62,159 bases of DNA from contig JAHJCL010000037.1 in assembly GCA_018813025.1 (NCBI GenBank), positions 1 to 62,159 of the forward strand, in the 5' to 3' direction. Both the position numbers and the translations under genes were made by a program. The notes under the pieces were generated by a model, which saw only the letters and a list, made by a program, of their open reading frames with translations, searched no databases and was not told the DNA's origin. Source of the stretch: Patescibacteria group bacterium (GTDB taxonomy: Bacteria; Patescibacteriota; Minisyncoccia; Minisyncoccales; DG-74-3). Below are positions 48,943-57,944 of the stretch, piece by piece (the stretch's first letter is position 1; each line of letters starts with the position of its first letter).

Positions 48943-49930
48943 CATTACTACCTTTGGTTCAGCCACCAGAGATAACTTTTTAAAATTAAAAAAGGAAAGC
49001 CATCAGATTATAAAGAGCGGGAAATTTCTAACTGGCGAGGGACTTTGTTTTTCTTTAGGTTCTAAAATTGAGATAGATGACATGGTGATTTCAACCGGTG
49101 GCGGAGGAGCCAATACAGCTGTTACTTTTGCTCTCCAAGGATTCAAAGTAGCTTATGTAGGTAAAATTGGAGACGACAAAAGGGGGGAGGCAATAATGGA
49201 AGATTTAGAAAAGTTTGGTGTTAATACTCGTTTTATTATTAAAGATAAAGTTATTCCCAGTGCTTACTCGGTTATTCTTTCATCCGGAGTCAGTCAAACA
49301 AGTATTTTAGTTTACCGAGGCGCATGCCACTTTTTGAAAAAAAATGATATCCCTATTAATAAATTGAAATCCCGTTGGTTTTATTTAGCTCCCCTTAAGG
49401 GAAAGTTGCTTGATTCTTTCGGCTTTCTGGTTAACTATGCCAAGAAAAACAATATTAAAATAATGGCTAATATTGGAAAAGACCAAATTGGTCTGGATAA
49501 AAGAAAACTTAAATTGATTTTATCTAAAATTGATATTTTAAGTTTAAATCAAGAAGAAGCTTCTCTTTTGACCGGAGTTCCTTTTCAACAAGAAAAGGCC
49601 TTATTTAAGAAATTAGATAAAATAATTAAGGGGATAGCAATTATGACTAAAGGGAAGAAGGGTGTAGTGGTTTCGGATGGAAAATATATGTGGTCAGCGC
49701 CATCTTTTTCAGTGCCAGTTCAGGATGCTACCGGAGCCGGTGATGCTTTCAGTTCAGGATTTTTATCAGGCTTAATTAAAACCGATAATGTTTCTTTTGC
49801 TATTAAATTAGGTTTGGCTAATAGTATTTCTTGCATTGGTGAAATAGGAGCGAAAAATGGATTACTTAAAGGAATTAAGAGTCCATATCTTAAAAAGATA
49901 AGGGTTAAAAAAATTAAACTATGGAGTTGA
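48935..49930 (+). CDS. PfkB-family sugar/sugar-phosphate kinase
   Basis: GGGGANTAV and DATGAGDAF (PfkB signature 2). Substrate cannot be inferred. Confidence 0.75.
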   Translation: MFDITTFGSATRDNFLKLKKESHQIIKSGKFLTGEGLCFSLGSKIEIDDMVISTGGGGANTAVTFALQGFKVAYVGKIGDDKRGEAIMEDLEKFGVNTRFIIKDKVIPSAYSVILSSGVSQTSILVYRGACHFLKKNDIPINKLKSRWFYLAPLKGKLLDSFGFLVNYAKKNNIKIMANIGKDQIGLDKRKLKLILSKIDILSLNQEEASLLTGVPFQQEKALFKKLDKIIKGIAIMTKGKKGVVVSDGKYMWSAPSFSVPVQDATGAGDAFSSGFLSGLIKTDNVSFAIKLGLANSISCIGEIGAKNGLLKGIKSPYLKKIRVKKIKLWS

Positions 49931-50724
49931 TAGATTATTTTAAAAAAGCCCAAAAAGAAAATTGGGCAATCGGTCAATTTAATTTTACAACCGACGAACA
50001 ATTAAAGGGTATTATTGATGCTGCCAAAAAACTCAATTCGCCGATTATTTTAGGCACATCTGAAGGAGAAAGCCAATTTTTGGGACTAAAGAAGATAAAA
50101 GTTTTAGTTGACGCATTTAGAGATGAATCAGATATTCCTATTTTTTTAAACCTTGACCACGGTAAGAATTTAGATTACATTAGAGAGGCAATTAAAATCG
50201 GTTATAATTGTGTTCATTTTGACGGTTCTGACCTTTGCTTGGAAGATAATATTAAAAAAACAAAAAATATCGTTAAACTGGCTTTTAAGAAAGGAGTTTT
50301 AGTTGAAGGCGAGGTTGGAATAATTGGTGGCAAATTGACTGACCCAAAAGAAGCAAAAGAATTTGTTCAAAAAACAAGAGTTGACATATTAGCCGTGAAT
50401 ATTGGAACAGTGCATGGGGGGAAAGCTAAGATTGATTTTAAAAGATTGGCTGAAATCAAAAAAGCAGTTAATGATACTCCATTAGTTCTTCACGGCGGTT
50501 CGGGAGTGAATAGTACCGATATCAAAAAAGCCATTGAATTAGGAATTGTAAAAATTAATATCAATACTGAATTAAGGTTGGCTTGGAGAAAAAATATGGA
50601 AGAAATTTTAAAAAAAGATAAGAATGAAATTAAACCTTATAAAATTCTTACACCATTAAGCGAACAAATTAAAAAAGTCGTTGAAAATAAAATTAAATTA
50701 TTTGGAAGTGAAAATAAAGCTTAA
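49921..50724 (+). CDS. fba: class II ketose-bisphosphate (fructose-1,6-bisphosphate) aldolase
   Basis: NLDHGK, VEGEVG, GTVHG, LHGGSG. Confidence 0.75.
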   Translation: MELIDYFKKAQKENWAIGQFNFTTDEQLKGIIDAAKKLNSPIILGTSEGESQFLGLKKIKVLVDAFRDESDIPIFLNLDHGKNLDYIREAIKIGYNCVHFDGSDLCLEDNIKKTKNIVKLAFKKGVLVEGEVGIIGGKLTDPKEAKEFVQKTRVDILAVNIGTVHGGKAKIDFKRLAEIKKAVNDTPLVLHGGSGVNSTDIKKAIELGIVKININTELRLAWRKNMEEILKKDKNEIKPYKILTPLSEQIKKVVENKIKLFGSENKA

Positions 50725-50729
50725 TCTAT

Positions 50730-50951
50730 ATGAAAATTATTCACGAACTTGAAAAATGTATTGGTTGCGGTTCTTGTGTAGCTGTTTGTCCTGCTAATTG
50801 GGAAATTGGCGAGGATGGTAAGGCTCACATATTAGGAGAGAAGAACAACATAGTTAACGGGAACGAAGAATTAGAGACCGAGCAAATCGGTTGCAATCAA
50901 GATGCAGCTGATATCTGCCCGGTTCAATGTATTAAAATTATTAAGAAATAA
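50730..50951 (+). CDS. small ferredoxin
   Basis: CIGCGSCVAVCP plus a distal ICPVQC. 73 aa. Confidence 0.7.
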   Translation: MKIIHELEKCIGCGSCVAVCPANWEIGEDGKAHILGEKNNIVNGNEELETEQIGCNQDAADICPVQCIKIIKK

Positions 50952-50952
50952 T

Positions 50953-51609
50953 ATGATTTCATTATCATCTAAAATAAGAGAAATATCCGGTAAAGGATTA
51001 GAAAAACTGAGAAACGAAGGAGAGATACCTGCTGTTTTGTACGGATCCGAAACCAAAAATACCTCCCTAAGCGTTAGTTCAAAAGATTTTCAAAAAGTTT
51101 ATCAGGACGCCGGAGAAAATACTATGATTGAATTGGGGGTGAATGATAAGAAATTCGTGGTTTTTATTCATCAAGTTCAACACGATGTTGTTACTGGAAA
51201 ACCTATTCATGTTGATTTTTTCCAACCCTCGTTAACTGAAGAAATTGAATTAAATATTCCTCTGGTTTTTGAAGGTGAAAGCGAAGCCGTTGATACTCTT
51301 GGCGGAACTTTGGTTAAGCATCTTTTTGAATTAGAGGTTAAATCATTACCGCAAAACATTCCTGGTGAGATAAAGGTAGATATCACTAAATTAAAAACTC
51401 TTGAGGATGAAATTTTTGTCAAAGATTTAAAAATACCCGTTAATGTTAAGGTTATTAGAGAACCAGACGAAATTATAGCTACTATTTCATCAGTGGCCGA
51501 GGTGGAAGAAGAATTAGAGAAGCCTCTTGAAGAAAAAGTTGAAGACGTAGAAAAAATAGAAAAGAAACAGAAGGAAAAAGAAGGGGAGACCAACGAAACA
51601 GAAAAATAA
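50953..51609 (+). CDS. rplY: ribosomal protein L25/Ctc with acidic C-terminal tail
   Basis: REISGKGLEKLRNEGEIPAVLYG ... HVDF. The ATG at 50953 is preferred over the track's upstream start at 50902, which overlaps the ferredoxin gene. Confidence 0.8.
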   Translation: MISLSSKIREISGKGLEKLRNEGEIPAVLYGSETKNTSLSVSSKDFQKVYQDAGENTMIELGVNDKKFVVFIHQVQHDVVTGKPIHVDFFQPSLTEEIELNIPLVFEGESEAVDTLGGTLVKHLFELEVKSLPQNIPGEIKVDITKLKTLEDEIFVKDLKIPVNVKVIREPDEIIATISSVAEVEEELEKPLEEKVEDVEKIEKKQKEKEGETNETEK

Positions 51610-51618
51610 ATAAATACA

Positions 51619-52962
51619 ATGTTTCTAAGTATTGTCAAAAAGTTTTTTTTATCTCTGGTAATATTGTCTTTTATTTTGCCTGCTTTCAATGTTTTAGCCC
51701 AAACTCCTAATGAAGAAAGGGAGAGTTTAGAACAGGAATTAAAAGCGCTAGAAGATGAAATTGCTGCTATTGATAAAGATATTCAGAAGACAGATAAAGA
51801 GAAAAAAACTTTAGAAAATCAGGTTTATCTACTTAGGAACAAAATCGCCAAACTTGACCTTCAAATTTCTCAAGGGAATATAATGATAAAGGATTTAGGG
51901 GTTCAGGTTGTCCAAAGTGAAAAATCAATTGAAGAAACATCTCTTCAAATCAAAGAATCAAGAAAATATTTAGCTCAAAATCTACAGCTTATTTATGAAG
52001 CTGATAGTAAATCTATAATAGAAGTATTTTTATCAGAAAAGAAAATTTCTGATTTTTTTAGTGATTTAGTTGCTTTAGAATCATTGATTTCTAAAAATCA
52101 GGAAATGCTGATTAATATCGAGAATTTAAAAAGACAATTAGAAACAGAAAAAGAATCATTAGACAATGAAAAGCAGGGTTTGGAAGGATTAATTATTATC
52201 CAGAGCATACAAAGGAAAGAATCAAGTAGTATTAAAAAAGAGACAGATCAACTTTTGAAATTAACTGAGGCTGAGTATCAAAAATCTCTTCAGGAAAAAC
52301 AAGTCACTGAAAAGAAAGCAGCTGAAATCAGGTCCAGAATTTTTGAATTAATCGGGATTCCCGAAGCTCCAACTTTCGGAGAGGCATATGAAATAGCTAA
52401 ATTTGTTTCTAATATTACTAATGTCAGACCGGCTCTTTTATTGGCTGTTTTAACTCAAGAATCTAATATTGGTAAGAATGTTGGACAGTGTTATTTGAAA
52501 AATACATCTACTGGGTCTGGAATCAATATTAAAACCGGCCAAGTTGTTGCTAATATAATGAAGCCATCCAGAGACATTGGTCCTTTTTTAACCATTACTC
52601 AAGAATTAGGTAGAGATCCTTACAATACTCCGGTATCCTGTCCTATGAGTTACGGTTACGGAGGAGCGATGGGCCCGGCCCAATTTATTCCTTCTACCTG
52701 GATTCATTACAGCGATCAAGTCTCTTCAATCATTGGTTCCGCTGCCGACCCTTGGAACATTAAAGATGCTTTTTTTGCTGCTGCTTTATATTTAGCTGAT
52801 TACGGAGCAACTAAACAGGATAGTAATAGTGAATGGAAAGCAGCTATGATTTATTTTTCAGGCACAAGTAAAAGAACCGAATATAACGGTTATGGATTTT
52901 ACGGCGATTCGGTTATGAAAATCGTCGAAAGATATGAGGAGGATATTAAAAATATTGAATAG
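51619..52962 (+). CDS. secreted coiled-coil protein with C-terminal lytic-transglycosylase-like domain
   Basis: Signal/anchor, then about 230 aa of coiled coil, then LLAVLTQESNIG (catalytic Glu-Ser context) and GAMGPAQFIPSTW (MltB/SLT_2-like). Confidence 0.6.
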   Translation: MFLSIVKKFFLSLVILSFILPAFNVLAQTPNEERESLEQELKALEDEIAAIDKDIQKTDKEKKTLENQVYLLRNKIAKLDLQISQGNIMIKDLGVQVVQSEKSIEETSLQIKESRKYLAQNLQLIYEADSKSIIEVFLSEKKISDFFSDLVALESLISKNQEMLINIENLKRQLETEKESLDNEKQGLEGLIIIQSIQRKESSSIKKETDQLLKLTEAEYQKSLQEKQVTEKKAAEIRSRIFELIGIPEAPTFGEAYEIAKFVSNITNVRPALLLAVLTQESNIGKNVGQCYLKNTSTGSGINIKTGQVVANIMKPSRDIGPFLTITQELGRDPYNTPVSCPMSYGYGGAMGPAQFIPSTWIHYSDQVSSIIGSAADPWNIKDAFFAAALYLADYGATKQDSNSEWKAAMIYFSGTSKRTEYNGYGFYGDSVMKIVERYEEDIKNIE

Positions 52963-52967
52963 TAAAA

Positions 52968-53714
52968 TTAATCTTTTAACTCAGTAATATTTTCAAAAGC
53001 TTTAGTTATTTTAGAAAAATTTCCTTCCATAATTTCCTCTAAGTTATGCCAGCTTTTTTGTATTCTATGGTCGGTAATTCTGTTCTGGGGGTAATTATAT
53101 GTTCTTATTTTATCTGATCTTTTAGCCCATTTAACTTGAGTCCGTCTGGCTTCGTCTAATTTTTCAAAACTTTGTTTTTCTTTTAATTTAGTCAGTCTAG
53201 CTTGCAAAATAATCAGGGCGTTTTCTTTATTTTTAAACTGGTCTCTTTCTGTTTGGGAAGCAACAACCAATCCGCTTGGTATGTGAGTAATTCTAACTGC
53301 TGTTTCTCTTTTATTGACATTTTGTCCGCCAGGACCGGATGAACGGAAAAAATCAACTCTTAATTCGTCTGATCTGATATTGTTGACTTCAGATATTTTT
53401 GGTTTAGCGAAAACAGCAACCGTGATAGTTGAAGTATGAACCCTGTCTTTTTTTTCGGTTTTAGGAATTCTTTGGACCCGATGAACTCCGCCTTCGTGTT
53501 GCATTTCTTTAAAAGCGTTAGGTCCGGACAATTCAAAAATTACTTCTTTAATTCCACCAATATCAGTTGGTTTAGATTCGAGAATTTTTTGTCCCCAGCC
53601 TTTAATAATAGAATATTTAGAATAGGCTCTAAATAAATCATTAGCAAAAAGAGCGGATTCTTCTCCGCCGGTTCCAGCTCTTATCTCAATGATTACATTT
53701 TCTGTATTTTCCAT
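52968..53714 (-). CDS. prfA: peptide chain release factor 1 lacking the N-terminal domain 1
   Basis: 248 aa. IEIRAGTGGEESALFANDLF starts at residue 9. PKT (PxT) tripeptide and SGPGGQNVN are present. Only 23 nt separate it from the upstream rpmE. Confidence 0.8.
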   Translation of the reverse strand: MENTENVIIEIRAGTGGEESALFANDLFRAYSKYSIIKGWGQKILESKPTDIGGIKEVIFELSGPNAFKEMQHEGGVHRVQRIPKTEKKDRVHTSTITVAVFAKPKISEVNNIRSDELRVDFFRSSGPGGQNVNKRETAVRITHIPSGLVVASQTERDQFKNKENALIILQARLTKLKEKQSFEKLDEARRTQVKWAKRSDKIRTYNYPQNRITDHRIQKSWHNLEEIMEGNFSKITKAFENITELKD

Positions 53715-53737
53715 ATCATTACAGAAATTATTTGAGA

Positions 53738-53950
53738 TTATTTCTTTTTACTTTTAGCAACCCTTTCCTTGAATTTTTGGACCTGACCCAAGGCATCAAC
53801 TATTTTGGATTTTCCGGTATAAAAGGGATGACAATTAGAGCAGATTTCAATATCAAGAAGCTCTCTAGTTGAACCTACGGTGAAAACATTACCGCAAGCG
53901 CAATTTACCTGAGCTTTAGGATAATAAGTTGGATGGATGTCTTTTTTCAT
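53738..53950 (-). CDS. rpmE: ribosomal protein L31 (Cys-containing type)
   Basis: [10 protein letters not shown]...CACGN...[11 protein letters not shown]. Confidence 0.9.
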   Translation of the reverse strand: MKKDIHPTYYPKAQVNCACGNVFTVGSTRELLDIEICSNCHPFYTGKSKIVDALGQVQKFKERVAKSKKK

Positions 53951-54015
53951 ATTTTTAGATAATTTAAATGATAATCACATATTAACAAACCTAAGAGATA
54001 AATCAAGAGATATTA

Positions 54016-54044
54016 TTGACCTTCTAAAAAAAAATTGCTATGCT
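54016..54044 (+). promoter_or_regulatory. promoter (TTGACC-17 nt-TATGCT) 8 nt upstream of the rpsB ATG
   Basis: TTGACC at 54016..54021, TATGCT at 54039..54044, ATG at 54053. Confidence 0.4.
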
Positions 54045-54052
54045 AATCGCAT

Positions 54053-54835
54053 ATGATAACTAAAAAGATTATTAACCAATCGGATGAACCGGTTGTTGAA
54101 GAAGTTAAACTTAATCCTCAATTTGGAGAGATGATTGCGGCCGGTTTACATTTTGGCAGCTCTATTTCCAGAATTAATCCTAAAATGAAACAGTATTTAA
54201 CTTGTGTTAGAAATGGCGTACATATTATTGATGTTGAAAAGACCGCTGAAAAATTACAAGAAGCTTTAACTCAGATTCAAAAACTTATTTCTGAAAAAAA
54301 GGTTATTCTTTTAGTTGGCACCAGCGTTCAGGCTAAAGAATTGGTAAAAAATACTGCTATTGAATGCGGATTGCCTTATATTAATAGTCGTTGGTTGGGG
54401 GGAACTATCAGCAATTTTGAAGTTATTAAAAAAAGGATACAGCACTTTAAAGACTTGGAAGAAAAGAAGAAAACCGGCGAGTTGGATAAATATACCAAAA
54501 ATGAGAAAGCTAAGTTTGATAAAGAGTTGACTATTCTTGGTAATAGATTCAGTGGAATTAGGAATTTATCTAAATTGCCTGATGCTGTTATAGTTGTTAA
54601 TACTAAAACCAATCATTTGGCAGTAAAAGAAGCTCGTCCTAAAAATATTAAAATTTTTGCCATTGTTGATACTGATAGTGACCCGAGTGTTATTGATTAT
54701 CCTATTCCGGCTAATGATGACGCTATCTCTTCCATTAAATATATCCTTGATAAAATTAAAGAGGTTATTTTAAACACTAAGCCAATTGAAAAAGAGGTTT
54801 TGGCAACAGAAAATCAAGAAGAAAAAAAAGCTTAA
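54053..54835 (+). CDS. rpsB: ribosomal protein S2
   Basis: MIAAGLHFGSS, GTSVQAK and VDTDSDPS. The start is uncertain; an internal Met at about 54131 would give a canonical N-terminus. Confidence 0.85.
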   Translation: MITKKIINQSDEPVVEEVKLNPQFGEMIAAGLHFGSSISRINPKMKQYLTCVRNGVHIIDVEKTAEKLQEALTQIQKLISEKKVILLVGTSVQAKELVKNTAIECGLPYINSRWLGGTISNFEVIKKRIQHFKDLEEKKKTGELDKYTKNEKAKFDKELTILGNRFSGIRNLSKLPDAVIVVNTKTNHLAVKEARPKNIKIFAIVDTDSDPSVIDYPIPANDDAISSIKYILDKIKEVILNTKPIEKEVLATENQEEKKA

Positions 54836-54847
54836 TTTTTTTGAATT

Positions 54848-55432
54848 ATGTCATCAATTGATAAAATTAAACAATTACGCGAAGAGACTGGAGTTTCTAT
54901 AACCGAATGTAAGAAAGTTTTAGAAGAAGCCGACGGGGATATTGAAAAAGCCAAAGAACTTTTGAGAAAAAAGGGTAAAGAGTTGGCTGGAAAAAAGTCA
55001 GACAGAATAGTTAAAACAGGGATTATTGATAGCTATATACATCTTAATAAAAAAGTAGGAGTAATTTTAGATATCCGCTGTGAATCTGATTTTGTTGCTA
55101 AATCAGGAGATTTTCAAACATTAGCTCATGAAATTTGTTTACAGATAGCGGCTATGAATCCGCTTGTGGTTAAAGAAGAGGATATCCCTGATGATATTTT
55201 AAAAAAAGAAAAAGAGATTTATTTGACCCAGTTAAAAGAATTGGGTAAACCTAAAGAGATTGTTGATAAAATTATTGAAGGTAAGGTTGAGAAATATCAG
55301 AAAGAAAATTCTTTAATGTCGCAGGCTTGGATTAAAGATAACGCCAAAACAGTTAAAGATTTGATTCAAGAATATATTGTCAAGCTGGGAGAAAATATTA
55401 TCATTAATAAATTTTCTAGGTACGAAATTTAA
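54848..55432 (+). CDS. tsf: elongation factor Ts (short form)
   Basis: IKQLREETGVSITECKKVLEEADGDIEKAKELLRKKG (UBA-like N-domain) and ESDFVAK. Confidence 0.9.
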   Translation: MSSIDKIKQLREETGVSITECKKVLEEADGDIEKAKELLRKKGKELAGKKSDRIVKTGIIDSYIHLNKKVGVILDIRCESDFVAKSGDFQTLAHEICLQIAAMNPLVVKEEDIPDDILKKEKEIYLTQLKELGKPKEIVDKIIEGKVEKYQKENSLMSQAWIKDNAKTVKDLIQEYIVKLGENIIINKFSRYEI

Positions 55433-55447
55433 TAATTCGAAATTTAT

Positions 55448-55798
55448 ATGGCCATATTAATTGCATTTTTTGTTTTTATTATGAGCTTATTGGGAGCATT
55501 GATTGTTGTTTATCAAAAGATTCCTATTTTAGTAAATATTTCAGTTATTGAGGAAAAAGGGAGTAGCCAAAAATGGTTATTGAGAATTAAAAACAAAATT
55601 AAGGATATTAATTTTGTTAAGAATTTTTCTTACGAAATTTTTTTACAAAAGATACTATCCCGGGTTAAGGTTTTAACTCTTAAAGCTGATAATAAAACCT
55701 CTAATTGGCTTCAGGATTTAAGAGAAAAATACAAAAAAAAGAAAGTTTTGGAAGAAGACGGTTATTGGGATAAAATAAAAGAAAAAGATATTAAATAG
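55448..55798 (+). CDS. hypothetical membrane-anchored protein
   Basis: 116 aa. One N-terminal TM helix and a basic C-terminus. No motif recognised. Confidence 0.4.
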   Translation: MAILIAFFVFIMSLLGALIVVYQKIPILVNISVIEEKGSSQKWLLRIKNKIKDINFVKNFSYEIFLQKILSRVKVLTLKADNKTSNWLQDLREKYKKKKVLEEDGYWDKIKEKDIK

Positions 55799-55814
55799 AA
55801 TAAGAAACCCCGGC

Positions 55815-55886
55815 GCCGAGGTAGCTCAATGGCAGAGCAATGGTTTTGTAAACCATAGGTTGGAGGTCCGACTCCTCTCCTCGGCT
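55815..55886 (+). tRNA. tRNA-Thr (anticodon TGT)
   Basis: Acceptor GCCGAGG/CCTCGGC, anticodon stem ATGGT/ACCAT with loop TTTGTAA, T-loop GGTCCGACTCC. Confidence 0.85.
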
Positions 55887-55933
55887 CATATTTGAAATGA
55901 AGCATTGTCTTGAAGTAAGGAATAAGTTTTATC

Positions 55934-55962
55934 TTGACAAAGCTTTCAATAGGAATTAAAAT
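55934..55962 (+). promoter_or_regulatory. 16S rRNA promoter (TTGACA-17 nt-TAAAAT)
   Basis: TTGACA at 55934..55939 and TAAAAT at 55957..55962, about 95 nt upstream of the mature 16S 5' end. Confidence 0.55.
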
Positions 55963-56030
55963 TGAAATGCAAATACGGAAAGAACATTGTTAATTGAATA
56001 GTTTTTTGTTTATTCTTTAGTTTTAATTTT

Positions 56031-56046
56031 TTAGAGTTGTTCCGTA
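56031..56046 (+). other. 5' strand of the 16S processing stem
   Basis: ttagagttgttccgta is the exact reverse complement of 58626..58641. Confidence 0.7.
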
Positions 56047-56915
56047 ACTATTTTTTTTGAGAGTTTGATCCTAGCTCAGGATGAACGCTGGCGGTGTGGA
56101 TAAGGCATGCAAGTCAAACGGTCCTTCGCTTCACACTATGTGTGAAGCCACGGAACTGCAGGCAGTCTTAATTAGATTTAAGATAGTTTGTTATTCCAGA
56201 GCTTCGTGCTTAGCGCGAAGCGTAGGATAGTGGCGAACGGGTTAGTAACACGTAGATAACGAACCCCAAAGACGGGCATAACTCCGCGAAAGCGGAGCTA
56301 ATTCCCGATAATCCCTGAGGATTTAAGTCCGAAGGGTAAAGGAAGCTTTGCAACTACTTTGGGATCGGTCTGCGCCCCATCAGTTTGTTGGTAAGGTAAC
56401 GGCTTACCAAGACTATGACGGGTAGGGGGTGTGAGAGCATATTCCCCAACACTAGCACTGATACACGGGCTAGACTCCTACGGGAGGCAGCAGTCGAGAA
56501 TATTGAACAATGGGCGAAAGCCTGATTCAGCGACACCGCGTGCTTGAAGAAGCCCTTCGGGGTGTAAAGAGCTTTTCTAGAGGAAGAATTCCGCTTTTAG
56601 CGGAATGACGGTACTTTAGGAATAAGAGGAGGCTAATCACGTGCCAGCAGCAGCGGTAATACGTGATCCTCGAGCGTTATCCGGATTCATTGGGCGTAAA
56701 GGGTCTGTAGGTGGACTGGAAGGTCTCGTGTTAAAGTCCTCGAGCTTAACTTGAGGAATGCATTAGAAACCACCAGACTAGAGGGCGCTATGGGTTAATA
56801 GAACGGTCGGTGTAGGGGTGAAATCCGTTGATATCGACCGGAATACCAAAAGCGAAGGCATTTAACTGGGGCGACCCTGACACTGAGAGACGAAAGCTAG
56901 GGCAGAAAAAAGGAT

Positions 56916-57811
56916 TGACATGGGTACCAAACTTTTAGTAAAGTTTATTAAAGTTTGAGTTAGTCCTCTTTGATAGTAATGTCAGAAGAACAACTTGGCT
57001 ATATCGGTGAAAATCCATTTAATATGGGAAACACCGAGGGAAGTTAAAGGAAATTTGTATTTGTTTTTAGGCAAATGAATATAAAACATCGAGAGATTAA
57101 AAAAGATTTTTATCTTTCTAAAAGACAAAAAGAAATTCTTGTAGGAATTATTTTGGGGGATGGAAATTTAACTAAACACGGCAAGTATTTTCGACTATTT
57201 GTTAAACACGCAGCAACGCAAGTTGCTTTAGCAAAATGGAAAAGAAAAGAATTTAACAGCATCACCAAAATGGACCTGAATTTTTTTAAGCAGCAAGTTA
57301 AGGGAAAGACATACAGTTTTTGTCAGTTTATAACACTGACCCATCTTGAATTTGATGCTTACAGAAAGATGTTTTATAAAAAGAAAAAGAAAATTGTTCC
57401 TGTGAATATTAACAAAGTTTTGAATAGCGCATTATCTTTAGCGGTATGGATTATGGATGATGGTGCAAAAGATAATGCAGGAATGACTATTCAAACTCAC
57501 AGTTTTTCTTCGAAAGAAGTTAAGAGATTGCAAAATTGCTTTAAAAAGAATTTTAAAATCTTAGTTAGTATTAGAAGGAATAAGGGAAAAGATATTCTTT
57601 ATATACCAAAAGATCAAGTTCAAAATTTATATCAGCTTGTAAGAGAATATTTATTGCCTGAATATAAATACAAATTTCCTTTAACCCCGTAGAGACTACA
57701 CGCCGAGCTCCCGCATTTTGCGGGATGATGATATAGTCCGAACTTATCAGTAATGATAAGAACTAGGTAGAAATATCCTAGTCATTACCAAAAGGTAATA
57801 GTAACAAAATG
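56916..57811 (+). mobile_element. group I intron in 16S rRNA (E. coli position about 788), boundaries +/- a few nt
   Basis: The exon sequence GGAT|TAGATACCC is split by about 896 nt. The insert follows a U and ends in G. It contains GATATAGTC, which resembles the J8/7-P7 core as I recall it from the Tetrahymena intron, and it carries a LAGLIDADG ORF. Confidence 0.75.
57075..57692 (+). CDS. double-motif LAGLIDADG homing endonuclease (intron-encoded)
   Basis: LVGIILGDGNL (motif 1) and LAVWIMDDGAK (motif 2) lie about 100 aa apart. 205 aa. Confidence 0.85.
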   Translation: MNIKHREIKKDFYLSKRQKEILVGIILGDGNLTKHGKYFRLFVKHAATQVALAKWKRKEFNSITKMDLNFFKQQVKGKTYSFCQFITLTHLEFDAYRKMFYKKKKKIVPVNINKVLNSALSLAVWIMDDGAKDNAGMTIQTHSFSSKEVKRLQNCFKKNFKILVSIRRNKGKDILYIPKDQVQNLYQLVREYLLPEYKYKFPLTP

Positions 57812-57912
57812 TAGATACCCTTGTATTCCTAGCTGTAAACGATGAACACTAGCTATTTGAAGTGTCGACCCTTCAAGTGGCGAAGCTAACGCGTTAAGTG
57901 TTCCGCCTGGGA

Positions 57913-57944
<32 letters not shown>

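Noticed and set aside
56354-56536. 60-aa minus-strand ORF within the 16S rRNA gene.
   Set aside because: It lies entirely in conserved rRNA sequence, around the 340-520 region, so it is not a protein gene.
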